Shown one piece after another: positions 41,341 to 55,786 of a stretch of 64,000 bases of DNA (the first letter of the stretch is position 1; each line of letters opens with the position of its first letter). Origin of the DNA: the human T2T-CHM13v2.0 reference genome, Homo sapiens; assembly GCF_009914755.1 (NCBI RefSeq), contig NC_060926.1; one strand, 5' to 3'. The notes under the pieces were generated by a model. The model was given only the letters and a program-made list of their open reading frames with translations. It was not told the DNA's origin and ran no database searches. The position numbers were made by a program, and so were the translations under genes.

Positions 41341-41616
41341 TATGGCAGCTGTAATTCATCTATATTAAAAATAGTAGTAACATGCAGCTAGAGTAAACAG
41401 TCCAATCAAAAGTCAGAGTTTGTAATACTGGATAAAAAGTAATATGCTATTATGTGGTGTGAATAAGAGACACAGTGGAGTTTGAAGGATATAAATAGGT
41501 TGAAAGTAAAAGGATAAAAACAGATTAAAAATAAAAAACATGCAAAAAGCAAGAATTAGAAAGCTAGAGTGACTATACTAATATCAAACAAAATAAACTT
41601 TAAAACAAAAAATAGA
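41341..41616 (+). mobile_element. Old L1M ORF2 endonuclease start (continuation)
   Basis: tccaatcaaaag..., aggttgaaagtaaaagga, gaaagctagagtgactatactaatatca. Confidence 0.7.
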
Positions 41617-43324
41617 GGTCAACTCAAGATGGATTAAAGACTTAAAACTAAGACCTCAAACTATGAAAATTCTAGAAGATAACATTGGAAAACCCGTTCT
41701 AGACATTGGCTTAGGCAAAGACCTCATGACCAACAACCCAAAAGCAAATGCAATGAAAACAAAGATAAATAGGTGTGACTTAGTTAAACTAAAGTACTTC
41801 TGCACAGCAAAAGGAATAGTCAGCAGAATAAACAGACAACCCACAAAGCGGGAGAAAATCTTCACAATCTATACACCTGACAAAGACTAAAATCCAGAAT
41901 CTACAAGGAACTCAAACAAAATTAGCAAGAAAAAAGCAAACAATCCCATTGAAAAGTGTGCTAAGGACATAAATAGACAATTCTGAAAAGAAGATATACA
42001 AATGGCCAAGAAACATTTTTAAAAAATGCTCGACATCACTAAGGATCAGGGAAATGCAAATCAAAACCACAATGTGATACCACCTTACTCCTGCAAGAAT
42101 GGCCATAATCAAAAAATAAAAAAAAATAGATGTTGGCATAAATGTGGTGAAAAGGGAACACTTCTACACTGCTAGTGAGAATGTGAACTAGTACAACCAC
42201 TATTGAAAACAGTGTGGAGAGTCCTTAAAGAACTAAAAGTAGAACTACCATTTGATCCAGCAATCCCACTACTGGGTATCTACCCAGAGGAAAAGAAGTC
42301 ACCATACAAAAATGATACTTGAACACGCATGTTTACAGCAGCACAATTCTCAGTTGCAAAAATACAAAACCAGCCCAAATGCCCATCAATCAATAAGTGG
42401 ATAAAGAAATTGTGCAACATATATATGTCTATATATGTATATATATGTGTGTATATATGTATATATACACATATATACATATACGTATATGTATATATAC
42501 ACATATATACATATACGTATATGTGTGTACACACACATGTGTGTACATGCATACACATGCATACACACATATACACACATACATACACACATGTATACAC
42601 ACGTGTATATGTGTGTATATGTACACACACACGTGTATGTGCGTGTATACGTGCACACACACGTGTATGTGTGTGTATACATATATACACACATATACAT
42701 ACAGATATACATATATACATATATACACATATACACATATATATATATACATATATGTATATATGTGCCATATATATGTATACATATATGTGCCATATAT
42801 ATGTGTATATGTGCCATATATATGTGTATATTATATGTGTATATATGTATATACATATATATGTGCCATATATATGTGTATATTATATGTGTATATATGT
42901 ATATACATATATATACATATACATGTGCCATGTATATACGTGTATATATATATGTATATATATAACACTACTCAGCCATAAAAAGAAACAAATTAATGGC
43001 ATTCACAGCAACCTGGATGGAACTGGAGACCATTTTTTGAAGTGAAGTAACTTAGAAATGGAAAACCAAACATCATATGTTCTCACTCATAAGTGGGAGC
43101 TAAGCTATGAGGATGCAAAGGCATGAGAACAATACAGTATTCTTTGGGGACTCAGGGAAAAGGATGGGAACAGGTTGAGGGATAAGAGACTACAAACTGG
43201 GTTCAGTGTATACTGCTCAGGTAATGGGTGCACCAAAATCTCACAAATCACCACTAAAGAACTTACTCATGTAACCAAATACCAACTGTTCCCCCAAACC
43301 TAGGGAAATTAAAAAAATAAAAAA
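41617..43324 (+). mobile_element. L1PB1-like 3' portion
   Basis: 3'UTR ggtgcaccaaaatctcacaaatcaccactaaagaacttactcatgtaacc. Confidence 0.9.
42419..42964. repeat. ~545-bp alternating purine-pyrimidine (TA/CA/TG) expansion
   Basis: Seen directly; source of the Y/I/H/T/C/V-rich pseudo-ORFs. Confidence 0.95.
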
Positions 43325-44260
43325 GCACAATGAGTTACTTCACTCACTAGGAAGGCTATAAGCCAAAAGACAGATAATAACAAGTTTTGGTGAAGTAGGG
43401 AGATCGAAACCTTCCTATACCACTAGTGGGAATGTAAAATGGTGCAGCTGCTTTGGAAAACAGTTTGGCAGTTCCTCAGGCAGTTACATATAGAGTTACC
43501 ATATGTAGTAGTACCAGCAATTCTACTTCTTGGTTTATACCAAAGAATAATAAAATTATATGTCCACACAAAACTTGTATGCAAATGTTTATAACAGTAT
43601 TATTCATAACAGTCAAAAAGTAGAAACAATGCAAACCTTCCTCAACTCATGAATGAACAAAACCCACACAATGCAATATTACTTAGCAATAAAAAGAAAT
43701 ACAATACTGATACATAATATGACATGAATCACCTTGAAAATATGCTAAGTGAAAGAATCCAGACACAACAGGCCATATATTGTATGATTCCATTTTTATG
43801 AGTAAACAAATGTATGTAAAGAGAAAATAGCCAGGTGTAGTGGCTCATACCTGTAATCACAGCACTTTGGGAGGCTGAGGTGGGGGGACCACTAGGTCAG
43901 GATTTCAAGACCAGCCTGGCCAACATGGTGAAACCCAGTCTCTACTAAAAATGGAAAAATTAGCTGAGAGTGGTGGCGGGTGCCTGTAATCTCAGCTACT
44001 CAAGAGGCTGAGGCAGGAGAATCGTTTGAACCCGGGAGGCGGAGAGGTTGCAGTGAGCCGAGATCACTCCATTGCACTCCAGCCTGGGCGACAGGGCAAG
44101 ACTCCGTTTCAAAAAAAAAAAAAAAAAAAAAAAACAAAGCTATTGGGACAAGAAGTAGATTAGCAGTTGCCTAGGCCTAAGGAGGATGGTATGCCTGGGA
44201 AGTGATGACTAAGCAAAGTGGAGTTTCTTTTGAGGTAATAAAAATGTTCTAAAATTGATA
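43325..44260 (+). mobile_element. Old L1M 3' region (interrupted by Alu)
   Basis: gggaatgtaaaatggtgcagc, tatgctaagtgaaagaa, aaatgttctaaaattga. Confidence 0.8.
43829..44134 (+). mobile_element. AluS
   Basis: Full dimer and A-tail. Confidence 0.95.
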
Positions 44261-44489
44261 CAAATGTGAGAATCTTGAGGGTATTGAGAATAACCAACAA
44301 TCTAAATATCTAGGTATTTTTTTATAATACTAATTTTAGGTTTTCAGCATGGATTAATAATGCAAATATCTTAAGCCTCAAATAAACATGATAATCTTAT
44401 AATGAATAAATTGTACCTTATGAAACATTTTCTTAAAATTATAATATTTGGAGCGGGGAACCAACCGGAATATTTTAAAAGTGATGTAT

Positions 44490-44665
44490 TCACTGCTAAG
44501 AGCTAGTGGATTTAAGCTTCAGGCCTGGCTTTACTACTAATTTACTCTGTGGCCTTGAGAAATCTCTTTTCTTCATTGCTGTTTTGTTTTCTCACCTGAA
44601 AAATGAGTAGAATGGGCAATATATCTTCTCAGGTTTATCATAGCTCTTGGGTTCTGCGATTTCAC
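44490..44665 (+). mobile_element. MIR
   Basis: ctgtggccttgag...ttttctcacctgaaaaatgag. Confidence 0.55.
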
Positions 44666-45259
44666 AAATGGAAGCTTAGTCACTTAGTTTGGCAGAATAG
44701 AAAAACACTTGTACATTCTATTTGTTTAGCATATGGTGCAAATACATTCACCAGTTGATATTTTATTTTGGTCCTATCACTAGGATCTGACAGATGATTA
44801 TTGAAAGAGTGTTTCCAATGTCAAAATGTGCCAATGTCAAAGTGTTTTTCATTGGCCTGGCATTTTGCGTGCCGTTTAAAAAATTAGGATGAAGATGGTG
44901 AATCAGCTCCTTTGGAATTAATATCCAGTTCAACTAAAAAGTAAGAGCCATGGTCTTGAATTAGATACTAGATTGACTCAGCAGCCCCTGGAGGAATTAT
45001 GTGATGCTGAGGGTGGCAGTTGGGAACTAGGAATGCAGTTACTCATACCACGGTAACCTTAAAATATATCTCGGAATTAGGTGCTGCAGAGGATTTTGGG
45101 AGAAAAAGATACCAGCGACTTTTCGAGGTTGCTGGGGTCTTTTTGTTTTTTTCTGTGTTTGTTTACTTTTGGTTTTTACATTTTAAATATTGAGAAGAAA
45201 TATGTGGGGCTTTAAGCAACAAAATAGTGATGCTGGGGCTGAAAACACATAGCCAGAAT

Positions 45260-46030
45260 TGCAAAATCAAAACAGCTTTGATAATCAATTTAAGATGAAG
45301 GGTGAGGGAGAAAGTGTGTTTCTCAGGATTATAGATTGGAAAAACGTGTAGATTCCGTAGATTCCAAAACTGTCAATAGAAATGGGAAATTTGAAAGACA
45401 GAACATATTTTTGGACATCTACCTTTAGTCATGTTGAAACAGGACATTTTGGCCACGTGCAGATGGGAATACCTAACAGGCACTTGGGCATCAAGTTTAC
45501 AGTCCAGAGATGGTAGTTATGAAAAGATAGCCGTGGCTGAAACCAGGGGATATGGAGTGAGGGCAGTGAGCGAGAAGCAACCAGGCTTTTGGACAGATCT
45601 TTGGGAAACATCACATTAAAGTGCCTGGTGGGGAAAACAGAAGTTCAGGTTAGAGACAAAAAAGTAATGATCCCAAAGGCAGGAGAAGAATTAAAGAGAG
45701 ACTAGTGTTTTTAAAGCCCTGGAGAAATAGCTAATTTTCAGAAGCTGTGTGGGGGTGTGAGTTCAGTTCTACCAAGAGCTAAGTAATATAAGCAGTGAAA
45801 ACATGTCAGTAGATTTGGTGACACTAATAAGAGAAATTTCAGCAAAAATGGTAAGAAACGTGAGCTAGAGAGAAGAGATAGTATACTTTTTAATTTTTTT
45901 TTAATTTGGTAGTAAAAGAAGGGACATAGTGGCAGTTTGACAGGGAGTGAAGGTCAAGAAAAATATTATTTATTTTTTTATTTGCTTTTTAAAGGACAGT
46001 TGGAGAAACGTAAGTATTTGTTGGATGGAG
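45260..46030 (-). mobile_element. L2 fragment(s)
   Basis: ttttggacat, tagatttggtgaca motifs. Confidence 0.5.
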
Positions 46031-46630
46031 AACTATATGCAAGAATATAAGAGTGTAGTGGTGAATAGCACTTTCATTAACAATGATGACCATTTGTTGT
46101 CTTTTGTGATAGAGCAATTTTGAAGGAGCATGATATTAAAGTAATTGAGAAACCAGCTGTCAGTTCCCAATAAAGTAAGGGCAGGAAATTACAGTAAGTT
46201 TCCAGGAATTAATCTGAATTTAAAAATTTGGTGTGTCTCTCACTGAATTGTCCTGAAGGAGAAATGCTTTAAAGTGTTAAGTAATGTTTAAAAATTTTGC
46301 ATGAACATGGGTGGATTGAAAACATCAGCAAGAACTTATGGGGCAGCAAGTGGGTACCAGGGGACTTCAGACTAATAAAACGTGGGCAAAGGAACATAGA
46401 TGTTTGAAGAATGGCAAGCATTCTAATGAAACCGGGAAAAGGGCAGTGACTGGGAGTGAGGGCTGATCAGGAGGCAGTATGGAGAGGGCAGATGTAGAAG
46501 ACTTTGAATTGGATACTTGGGTGCAATTATACCTACTGGATTAATTTTTATCTTTTGGATCACTCTTTTGGTTGAGTTTTCATGAAGTAAACTGCTTGCT
46601 TATCAGAGTCACAGTTTCAACAGAAATATA

Positions 46631-46880
46631 CACCAGTCCCTCAGTGTACGTTGCAGACTGGTTCCAGAACAAAACCACCACCCCCACAAGCCCCTCTCCC
46701 TGCCCTTGAGCACGCTAATATCTCCTGCATATTCAAGTCCCACAGTTGGCCTGGGAGGAACTTGCCCATACGAAAACTGCATCCCACGAATACTCTATTT
46801 TCTATCTGAGTTTGGTTGAATGAAATCCACTTGTAAGTGGATCTGTTCAATTCAAACCCATGTTGTTCAGGGGTCAACTG
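46631..46880 (+). mobile_element. MER8/Tigger2-derived MITE
   Basis: Ends ttcaaacccatgttgttcaggggtcaactg. Confidence 0.75.
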
Positions 46881-46917
46881 TGTGTGTGTGTGTGTGTGTG
46901 TGTGTCTGCGTGTGTGT
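46879..46917. repeat. (TG)n microsatellite
   Basis: Seen directly. Confidence 0.9.
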
Positions 46918-48541
46918 CCACTAACATTACAGATGCTGTGGTGCTGCTGGGTGCCGTCTGGAATATGAAATGAAAGCAGTCTCTGGTCTATAAAGAAGTG
47001 TAATATGTAAGTTTGCAAAGACAGAAATTTCCCTTCTGCTTTTAGCACTTTCTCATTTCCTAACAAACCACTAGAGTGAGCTTGTCTTATTTTTACAAAA
47101 GAAAGAAATCATACTCTGGAGTCTCTAAACTAAAAAAAACATACATCCTGGGGGTGTCACTAGTCAGATCCATCTTTAATTACTTCTATTTTAAAAATTT
47201 ACCCTGAGAATCTAGGTGTTTTTCTTTTTTAAGCTATCACTTCTAACTAGTTTTCCTAAGATTTTGGAAGAACTGATTAAGACAGACATGTTAATCCAAA
47301 CAAATAATTTTGCTGAAGAGAAATAGAAAATTATGTAGTCAGTATCCTTGAAGTTTAAAGGTATTTTAATGAGAAACATTGTTTATTATTGTTTTTCTTG
47401 ATTGACAGGCTTTCCTCTCAGAGGATAATTGCTATAATCACAGGAATTGTATAAAATTTGAAACTTGAAGCTATTCTGAGCTATTTTAATAATGTACTCT
47501 TTTGTCAAAATGAATTAAAAAATAGTTGAGAAATGGTATAAAAACCCAAGTTTTAAAAACACACTTCGATTTATTCATCTAATTGTATTTCTAGCGGCAA
47601 AAATGTCCAGATACATAAAACATTTCATTATATATTTGAAACTAAGGCTTACATCTCTTGCTATTTTGGGGACCCTGGGACATGCAGATTATTGACTGAG
47701 CACTTCTTTTTTATTTTTATTTTGGTGAAATGCATCATTTATTTTTTTTCAACTTTTATTTTAGGCTCAGTGGGCACATGTGAAGGTTTGTTACATGGGT
47801 AAATTGTGTGTCATTAAGATTTGGTGTGAGAATAATCCCATGACCCAGGTATTGCACATAGTACCTGACAAGTAGTTTTCCATCTCTTGCCTCTTCCCAC
47901 ACTCCATCTCTAGCAGTCTCCAGTGTCTGTTGTTCCCACCTTTATGTCCATGTGTACCCAATGTTTAGCTCCCACTTCTAAGTGACAACATGTGGTAGTT
48001 AGCTCAGGACAAAGGCCTCCAGCTATATCTGTATCTGCAAAGAACATGATTTTATTCCTTTTATAGCTGTGTAGTATTCCGTGGTGTATATACACCACAT
48101 TTTCTTTACCCAGTCCACCATAGATGGGAATCTGGGTTAATTCCAGATCTTTGATATTGTGAATAGTGCTGTGATGAAGAGACGAGTACATGTGTCTTTT
48201 TGATAGAACGATCTATATTCCTTTGTGTATATACCCAGTAATGGGATTGCTGGATTAAATAGCAGTTCTGTTTTAATTTATTTGAGAAATCTCTAAGCTG
48301 CTTTCCACAGTGGCTGAACTAATTTGCATTCCCACCAGCAGTGTATAAGTTTTCCCTTTTTTTCTGCAACGTTGCCAACATATGTTTTTTTTTTAAATCT
48401 TAACAAATGGCCATTCTGACTAGTGTGAGATGGTGTCTTATTGTGGTCTTGATTTGCATTTCTCTGATAATTACTGATGTTGAGCATTTTTTCATATATT
48501 TGTTGGCCACATGTATGTCTTCTTTTAAGAAGTGTCTGTTC

Positions 48542-49014
48542 CACATGCACACATATGTTTATTGTGGCACTATTCACAATAGCAAAGACTTGGAACCAAC
48601 CCAAATGTCCAACAATGATAGACTGAATTAAGAAAATGTGGCACATATACACCATGGAATACTATGCAGCCATAAAAAATGATGAGTTCATGTCCTTTGT
48701 AGGGACATGGATGAAGCTGAAAACCATCATTCTCAGCAAACTATCACAAGGACAAAAAACCAAACACTGCATGTTCTCACTCATAGGTGGGAATTGAACA
48801 ATGAGAACACATGGACACAGGAAGGGGAACATCACACACCAGGGCCTGTTGTGGGGTGGCGGGGTGGGGGAGGGATAGCATTAGGAGATATACCTAACGC
48901 TAAATGATGTGTTAATGGGTGCAGCACACCAACATGGCACATGTATACATATGTAACTAACCTGCACGTTGTGCACATGTACCCTAAACCTTAAAGTATA
49001 AAAAAAAAAAAAAA
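48542..49014 (+). mobile_element. L1PA3/4-like 3' end
   Basis: gcattaggagatatacctaa..gggtgcagcacaccaacatgg; poly-A; TSD aagtgtctgttc. Confidence 0.93.
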
Positions 49015-49970
49015 AAGTGTCTGTTCATGGCCTTTGCCCATTTTTTAATGGGGTTTTTTTTTGCTTGTTGATTTCTTAACGGGGTGGTTTTTTGCTTGTT
49101 TACTTTTTAATGTGGTTATTTGTTTTTTGCTTTTTGATTTCTTTAAGTTCCTTATAGATTCTGAATATTAGATCTTTGTTGGATGTATTGTTTGTGAATA
49201 TTCTCTCCCATTCTGTAGGTTGTCTGTTTACTTTGTTTATAGTCTCTTTTTCTGTGAAGAAGCTCTTTAGTTTAATCAGGTCCCACTTGTCAATTTTTGT
49301 TTTTGTTGCAATTGCTTTTGGGGGCTTAGACAAAAATTCTTTGTCAAGGATGATATCCAGAATGATATTTCCTAGGTTTTCTTCTAGGATGTTTATATTT
49401 TTAGGTCATACCTTTAAGTATTTAATCCATCTTGAGTTAATTTGTATATATGGTAAAACGTAGGGGTCTAGTTTCTTTCTTCTGCATATGGCTAGTCAGT
49501 TACCCTGCATCATTTATTGAACAGGAAGTCCTTTCCTCATTGCTTGTTGTTTTTGTTGAAGACCAGATGGTGGTAGATGTGCAGCTTTATTTCTGGGTTC
49601 TCTATTCTGTTCCATTGGTCTGTGTCTGTTTTTGTACCAGTACCATCCTGTTTTGGCTACTGTGGCCTTGTAGTATAGTTTGGAGTTGGGTAATATGATG
49701 CCTCTGGCTTTGTTATTTTTGCTTAGAATTACTCTGGCTATTCAGGCTCTTTTTTTGGTTCCATATTAATTTTATAATAGTTTTTTTCTAATTGTGCAAA
49801 AAATGACATTGATAATTTGATAAGAGTAACACTGAATCTATAGACTGCTTTGGGCAGTACGGCCATTTTAATGATATTGATTCTTCTAATCCATGAGCAT
49901 AGGATGATTTTCCCATTTGTTTGTGTCATCTATAATTTATTTCAGCAGTATTATGTAGTTCTCTTTGTAG

Positions 49971-50387
<417 letters not shown>

Positions 50388-51229
50388 CTGGAAATGCTAC
50401 TGATTTTTATACATTGATTTTGTATCCCGAAACTTTATTAAAGTTGTTTATCAGCTCTAGGAGCCTTTTTGTGGAGTCTTTAGAATTTTCTAGGTATAGA
50501 ATCATATCATCAGTGAAGAAAAATAGTTTGACTTCTTTTTTTACTATCTGGATGCCTTTTATTTCTTTCTCTTGCCTGATTGCTTTGGCTAGGACATCCA
50601 GTACAATGTTGAATGGGAGTGGTGAGATTGGACATCCTTGTCTTGTTTGTCTTGTTCCAGTTCTTAAGGGGAATGCTTCCAGCTCTTGTTTTTTCAGTAT
50701 AATGTTGACTGTGGGTTTGTCAGAGATGGCTCTTATTATTTTGAGGTATGTTACTTTGATGCCTAGTTTGTTGAGGGTTTTTATCAGGATGGGATGTTGT
50801 ATTTTATGAAAAGCTTTTTCTGCATCTATTGAGATGATAGTATGGTTTTCTTTTTAATTGTTTATGTGGTGAATCACATTAATTGATTTGTATATGTTCC
50901 ACCAGCCCTGCATCTTAAAATTAAAGCCTACTTGATAGTAGTGAATCAACTTTTTGGTGTGCTGTTGGATTCAGTTTGCTAATATTTTGTTGGGGTTTTT
51001 TTGCATCTATGTTTATCAGCGATGTTGGCATGCAGTTTGTTGTTGTTGTTGTTGTGTGTTTGCCAGATTTTGGTATCACAGTGATGCTGGCTACATAGAA
51101 AGAGTTAGGAAGGAGTCCCTACTCCTTTATTTTTTGGAGTAGTTTCTGCAGGATTTTGGCACCAGCTCTTCATTGTACCTCTGAGAGAATGGCCAAGCAC
51201 TTTTTATAAGAGTGGCCCAGAGCTCAGCC

Positions 51230-51540
51230 CAAGCCGCTTTCTCTATCTGCACATTCTCCCTGGTTGGCTGATCTTTACTTTCTGATGGTCACTCTGAAGA
51301 CCCTAAAATGTCTATCTCTTGCCCTGATATTGCCAATAACTCCAACTTAACACTCAACTATTTTCTTGACTTCTCCATTTGAATGACTAAAGGGCATCCA
51401 GCATCATCCCCACTTCCTAGCTCCAGCCCATTCTTCCCCTCCTTAGTCTTCCCCTTCCATACACTAGAAGCATCCATACACCTAGGAACTCAAGCCATAA
51501 TCATTGTAGTTATTCCTGATTTCTCTCTTTTCTTCATGTA
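51230..51540 (+). mobile_element. L2 fragment
   Basis: cttgacttctccatttgaatg, catcc..aggaactcaagcca. Confidence 0.55.
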
Positions 51541-51779
51541 ATTCATTAACATATGCTGTTTAACATACATGTACAATTTTGTAGCCTACTTTTTATATAC
51601 AGTTACATTATTGGCCTTAATTTCCATGTGCTTAAATATTTCTTGCAAATCTAGTTTATGAAGGATGCATGAGTCTTCATGATGTAGATGTCCAAAGTTT
51701 ATTTCACTATTCCTATACTGCTGGGCATGTAAATTCTCTCTTAAGTCTTGCCATCACCTGCTGTTAAGTATATTGAATA

Positions 51780-52010
51780 CTTATCTGATGCTCACTGTGT
51801 GTAGGCACTCTTCTAGCATTTTACCAGTGATAACACACTTAATCCTTGAATCTATGAGGTAAATACAATTATTATCTCTATTTTGCAGATAAGGAACCTG
51901 AGGCAGAGAAAGACTAAACTCACTCAATATTACATAGCTGGAAAGGGGAGCCTATGGGGTTCAAACCAGTGGTCTGACTCCAGTCCCAGGTTCTAAATTG
52001 AACCATTCTG
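51780..52010 (-). mobile_element. MIR
   Basis: attttgcagataaggaacctgaggcagaga. Confidence 0.75.
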
Positions 52011-52029
52011 TTTGCTTAGACATACCATC

Positions 52030-52620
52030 TTGTACCATAACCATATTTTATACCAGTCTGCATGCAACTGTGGTCATTTCTTTAAAATATGTCTCTAGAA
52101 GTGGATCAGTAGTCATACATTTAAAATGCTTTGTGTGAAACATATTACAAAATTATCCTCCAGAAAGATTATACAACTTTATCAACTTATACTCCCCCTG
52201 TCAGTTGCTGAGTGTCCTCTGTACTGTGCGTACATTAACATTGGGTGTAGTAATTTCAAAACTCTTGAGCAATTTACTCAAAATAAATGGTATAATAGTT
52301 ATAGTTGCATCTCTTTGATTACCAGAGAAGCTTATTTTTCTCATGCGTATGCTAACAATTGTATCTTTTCATATGGCTTTTGCAAACTTTGCTACTGGAA
52401 TTTTCATTTTTTCATATTGTAGTACAGAAACTCATTATGTATTGAGATTAATACTTGAGTTTGTCAAATACATTGCTTACCTTTTTTTTTAAACACACTT
52501 GTCATTTGGTTTTTAAATTATGTTTATGTTATTTACTGAAGTACAGACATTTTAAAATTTGTTTCTGCAGCTGCATGATACTTAAATAGTCATAGAGACA
52601 ATCACCTATATTTCACTATA
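52030..52620 (-). mobile_element. L1ME-type fragment (degraded)
   Basis: ctagaagtgga, ttgcatctctttgattacc. Confidence 0.5.
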
Positions 52621-52972
52621 AATTAATTTTCATCCTATTAATTATTGGGAGTCTCACTCTACTTACTTAATACTTAGATATATATTGTAATTCTTTGAGC
52701 AAGTAAAACAAAGTCATTGATCTTAATTTTACATGTAGAATTCTACCTACAACCATAAGATCTAATTCGGAGTCCATTTTAAATAAAAATAAATTTGTAA
52801 AAACTTTTTCTTTAATAGTTTCAGGATCCAAGATGTTGATAAACGTATGGAGTAAGTCTAAAGCCTGCACTCCATACAGTATTTACTGAATATACTCTAA
52901 ATTAATGCTGCATTGTTTGGCAATCCACTTCAAGTTTAGCCTTCAAGTTGTTTACTAAAAAAGTTCCTCAAT

Positions 52973-53279
52973 TTTTTTTTTTGTTTGTTTGTTTTGAAAC
53001 AGGGTCTCACTCTGTCACCCTGGCTGGAGTGCAATGGTGTGATTATAGCTCACTGCTGCCTCGAACTCCTGGCCTCCAGTGATCTCTCACCCCAACCTCC
53101 CAAATAGCTGGGACTACAGGTGCTTGCCACCACATCCAACTAATTTTTAAAATATTTTGTAGAGATGGGGCACTTGTTTCTTTTGCCCAGGCTGGCCTCG
53201 AACTCCTGGGCTCAAGCAATCCTTCTGCCTCAGCCTCCCAAAGTGCTACGAGTACAGGTGTGAGCCACCGCACCAGGCC
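52973..53279 (-). mobile_element. AluJ
   Basis: acagggtctcactctgtc, gattatagctcactgc. Confidence 0.93.
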
Positions 53280-54419
53280 CCACTCTTCAGTTTCATGTTT
53301 CACTTTTCTTGGTTTCTGTTTCTTCCACACAACCTTCACAGATGTTGAGTCACCTGGCTGCTGTGATGAGTGACTCTTTTCTCCACCGATGTTCTGTGTC
53401 ATGCTTTTCCCCCAACCCCCCACAGAAACCTAATTCATTGTCTTCAAGTGGCTTGATAAAGTTTAGTAGAAATTTCATTTGACTGAAAGTCAGAAAGTTT
53501 CTTCTGGGCCTGCTGGATTTGCTGAGGTGCCTCAGGAACTGCTGCATAGGGAAAGCCACACAGATGGGCTTGGGGTTTCCCACTCTGCCTCACTCAACTG
53601 CCTTGCTTTATTTGTTTTCTCTAGAGCTGGATTAAGGAGCAAGCCTCCCAAGTAGGTCCCTTCTGCACCCACGTAAGGGGGATGGACACAAAAATTCTTG
53701 AAAATATGTTAAAGTGGAAGAAACAGAACTTATCCAAGGGTCTCTCTCAGAGCGTGGTACTGGCTGAAGTTGGCAGAAATAAGCCCTCTCTGGTGGGGGC
53801 TGGGAGCTGCCTCTCACTCTGCCCTCCACAGCCTGCTGCTTGCTCAGGTAACTCTTGATGCTTGAACTGATTCCTAAAGTGAGTGGGTCCAGCCGAATAC
53901 AGGACCTTTATTTTGCTCAGAGGCTGGATGACTTCTGCCATTAGCATTTGATAGGTTCTTACTTTTCTACAGACAGCATTTAGCTCCTCCTTAAAAACTG
54001 TTAAATAAGTATTTAAAGAATTAATTCAGTACCCCCTGTACAATGGGTACTGAACTAAGATTCCTGCAGGTCTGGGTTCAATCCTGGTTTTATGTATTTA
54101 CATTCCACACTGAAGTGTGTAGAAGTTAAGGAGAATCATGTCTGCAATCCATTCTCTGGTGTTTCCATTTAACAAAATTATATATGTACATTTTCACAGA
54201 AACACATGTACATGCAGAGAAAAGGATAAAGCAAACGTGGAAAAATGTTAAAATTTGAGGAGTCTGGGGATCCTCTGCACTCATTGCAATTTTTCAGTAA
54301 GTCTAAAATTAAAGAAGTAATAATTTTGAAACTTGATTTTTAAAGAAAAAAACACTAACGGCTTCTTGAAAACTTCATAACTATCTGCACTAGGTAATTT
54401 AAAATGTCCTTTCACAGTT

Positions 54420-54660
54420 CTATAATTATTATATTATATATTATATAATGATTAAATATTATATATCATTATATTATATATTATATATATCATATTATAT
54501 ATTATATATCATATCATATATTATATAATAATATTAATAATATAATATTAAATAATTTAATATTAAAATAATATTAAATAATAATATAAATATCATTATA
54601 TTATATTATTATATAATATATAATTCAAATTATTCAAATTATAATATATTGTAATATTTC
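54420..54660. repeat. AT-rich low-complexity tract
   Basis: Almost pure A/T, built from TATAT-type units. Confidence 0.9.
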
Positions 54661-55184
54661 TTTGATCACGTGAGTCTAGATTCTTCCATAGAACAACTTA
54701 TCAACTGTGGTGTTTGTCAAATAGGGCTTAGGTATATTTGGAGAAATAATATAAAATACGAATTATATGAGATGTCATTTGTCATTGTTTCCACTGGATT
54801 TCATTAGCACAGAAGACTCACAGAGCAGCTATAAAACATCTCAGTTTTGCAATATCATGTGAGGAATGTTGAAGGCTGCTTGAGAGCTTTATTTGCTTGT
54901 TTACAAATTTAAGGCAGATACAACACATTTTTAAATACTGTGATTCATCAATTAAAGTGCATGCTAGAAAAAAGGTATAATTTGTTTGGGGGATGATAGC
55001 TGGTAGTCTTCAAATAACCAATACGAAAACAGCCTGACAGTAACTATGAATAGAAATAATGTGAATGGTCAAGGTAATGTTAATGAAGTATTAAACCAAA
55101 AGATGTTTTCTGAAAAGTCAAAAATTAAATTCTAGTAAACATAAAAAAACAGTGGAAGATTTTTAAAGAACTAATTTTGCTTGC

Positions 55185-55492
55185 TTTCTTTTCTTTCTTT
55201 TTCTTTTTTTTGAAACAGGGTCACACTCTGTTACTCAGACTGGAGTGAGGTAGTGGGATCATAGCTAACTGCAGCCTTGAACTCTTGAACTCAAGCAATC
55301 CTTCTGCCTCAGCCTCCTGAGTAGCTGGGACTACAGACATGCACCACTATGCCCAGCTAAGTTTTAAATTGTATGTAGAGATGGGATCTCACTATGTCAC
55401 CAAAGCTGCTCTTGAACTCTTGCCTTAAGAAATTCTCCTGCCTCAGCCTCCCAAAGTGCTGTGATTATTGGCGTGAGCCACAATGCCTGGCC
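55185..55492 (-). mobile_element. AluJ
   Basis: gatcatagctaactgcagccttgaactc. Confidence 0.93.
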
Positions 55493-55786
55493 TAATTTAA
55501 CTTTTAATTAAAAAAAAAGTCAAGAGTACTGACAAGTTCAATTCCTACCACTTACGTGAAGGACCTCTATCAAGATAATGTCTCAGCTGTTGGGTTTTGG
55601 AGATTGGCTTCCAATTCCATTATCCTACCCCTCATTTCCTTTCTTTTAAATAATGAGGTTTAAAAAATGCCATGAAGGTTAGTATATATTTTTTCAGAAT
55701 AGCAAATTAGAAAAAGAAATAAAATTATATTGTTTGATAGGAGACTTTAATTAGAAACACATAAGCACAGTTTTTATATTTGATAC

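Noticed and set aside
42280-43045. Six long ORFs (118-238 aa) in all frames
   Set aside because: Artefact of the stop-free RY microsatellite inside L1PB1.
54025-54054. 10-bp-arm hairpin ttcagtaccc/gggtactgaa (a similar one at 62564-62587)
   Set aside because: Too short for a pre-miRNA or MITE call; no supporting context.
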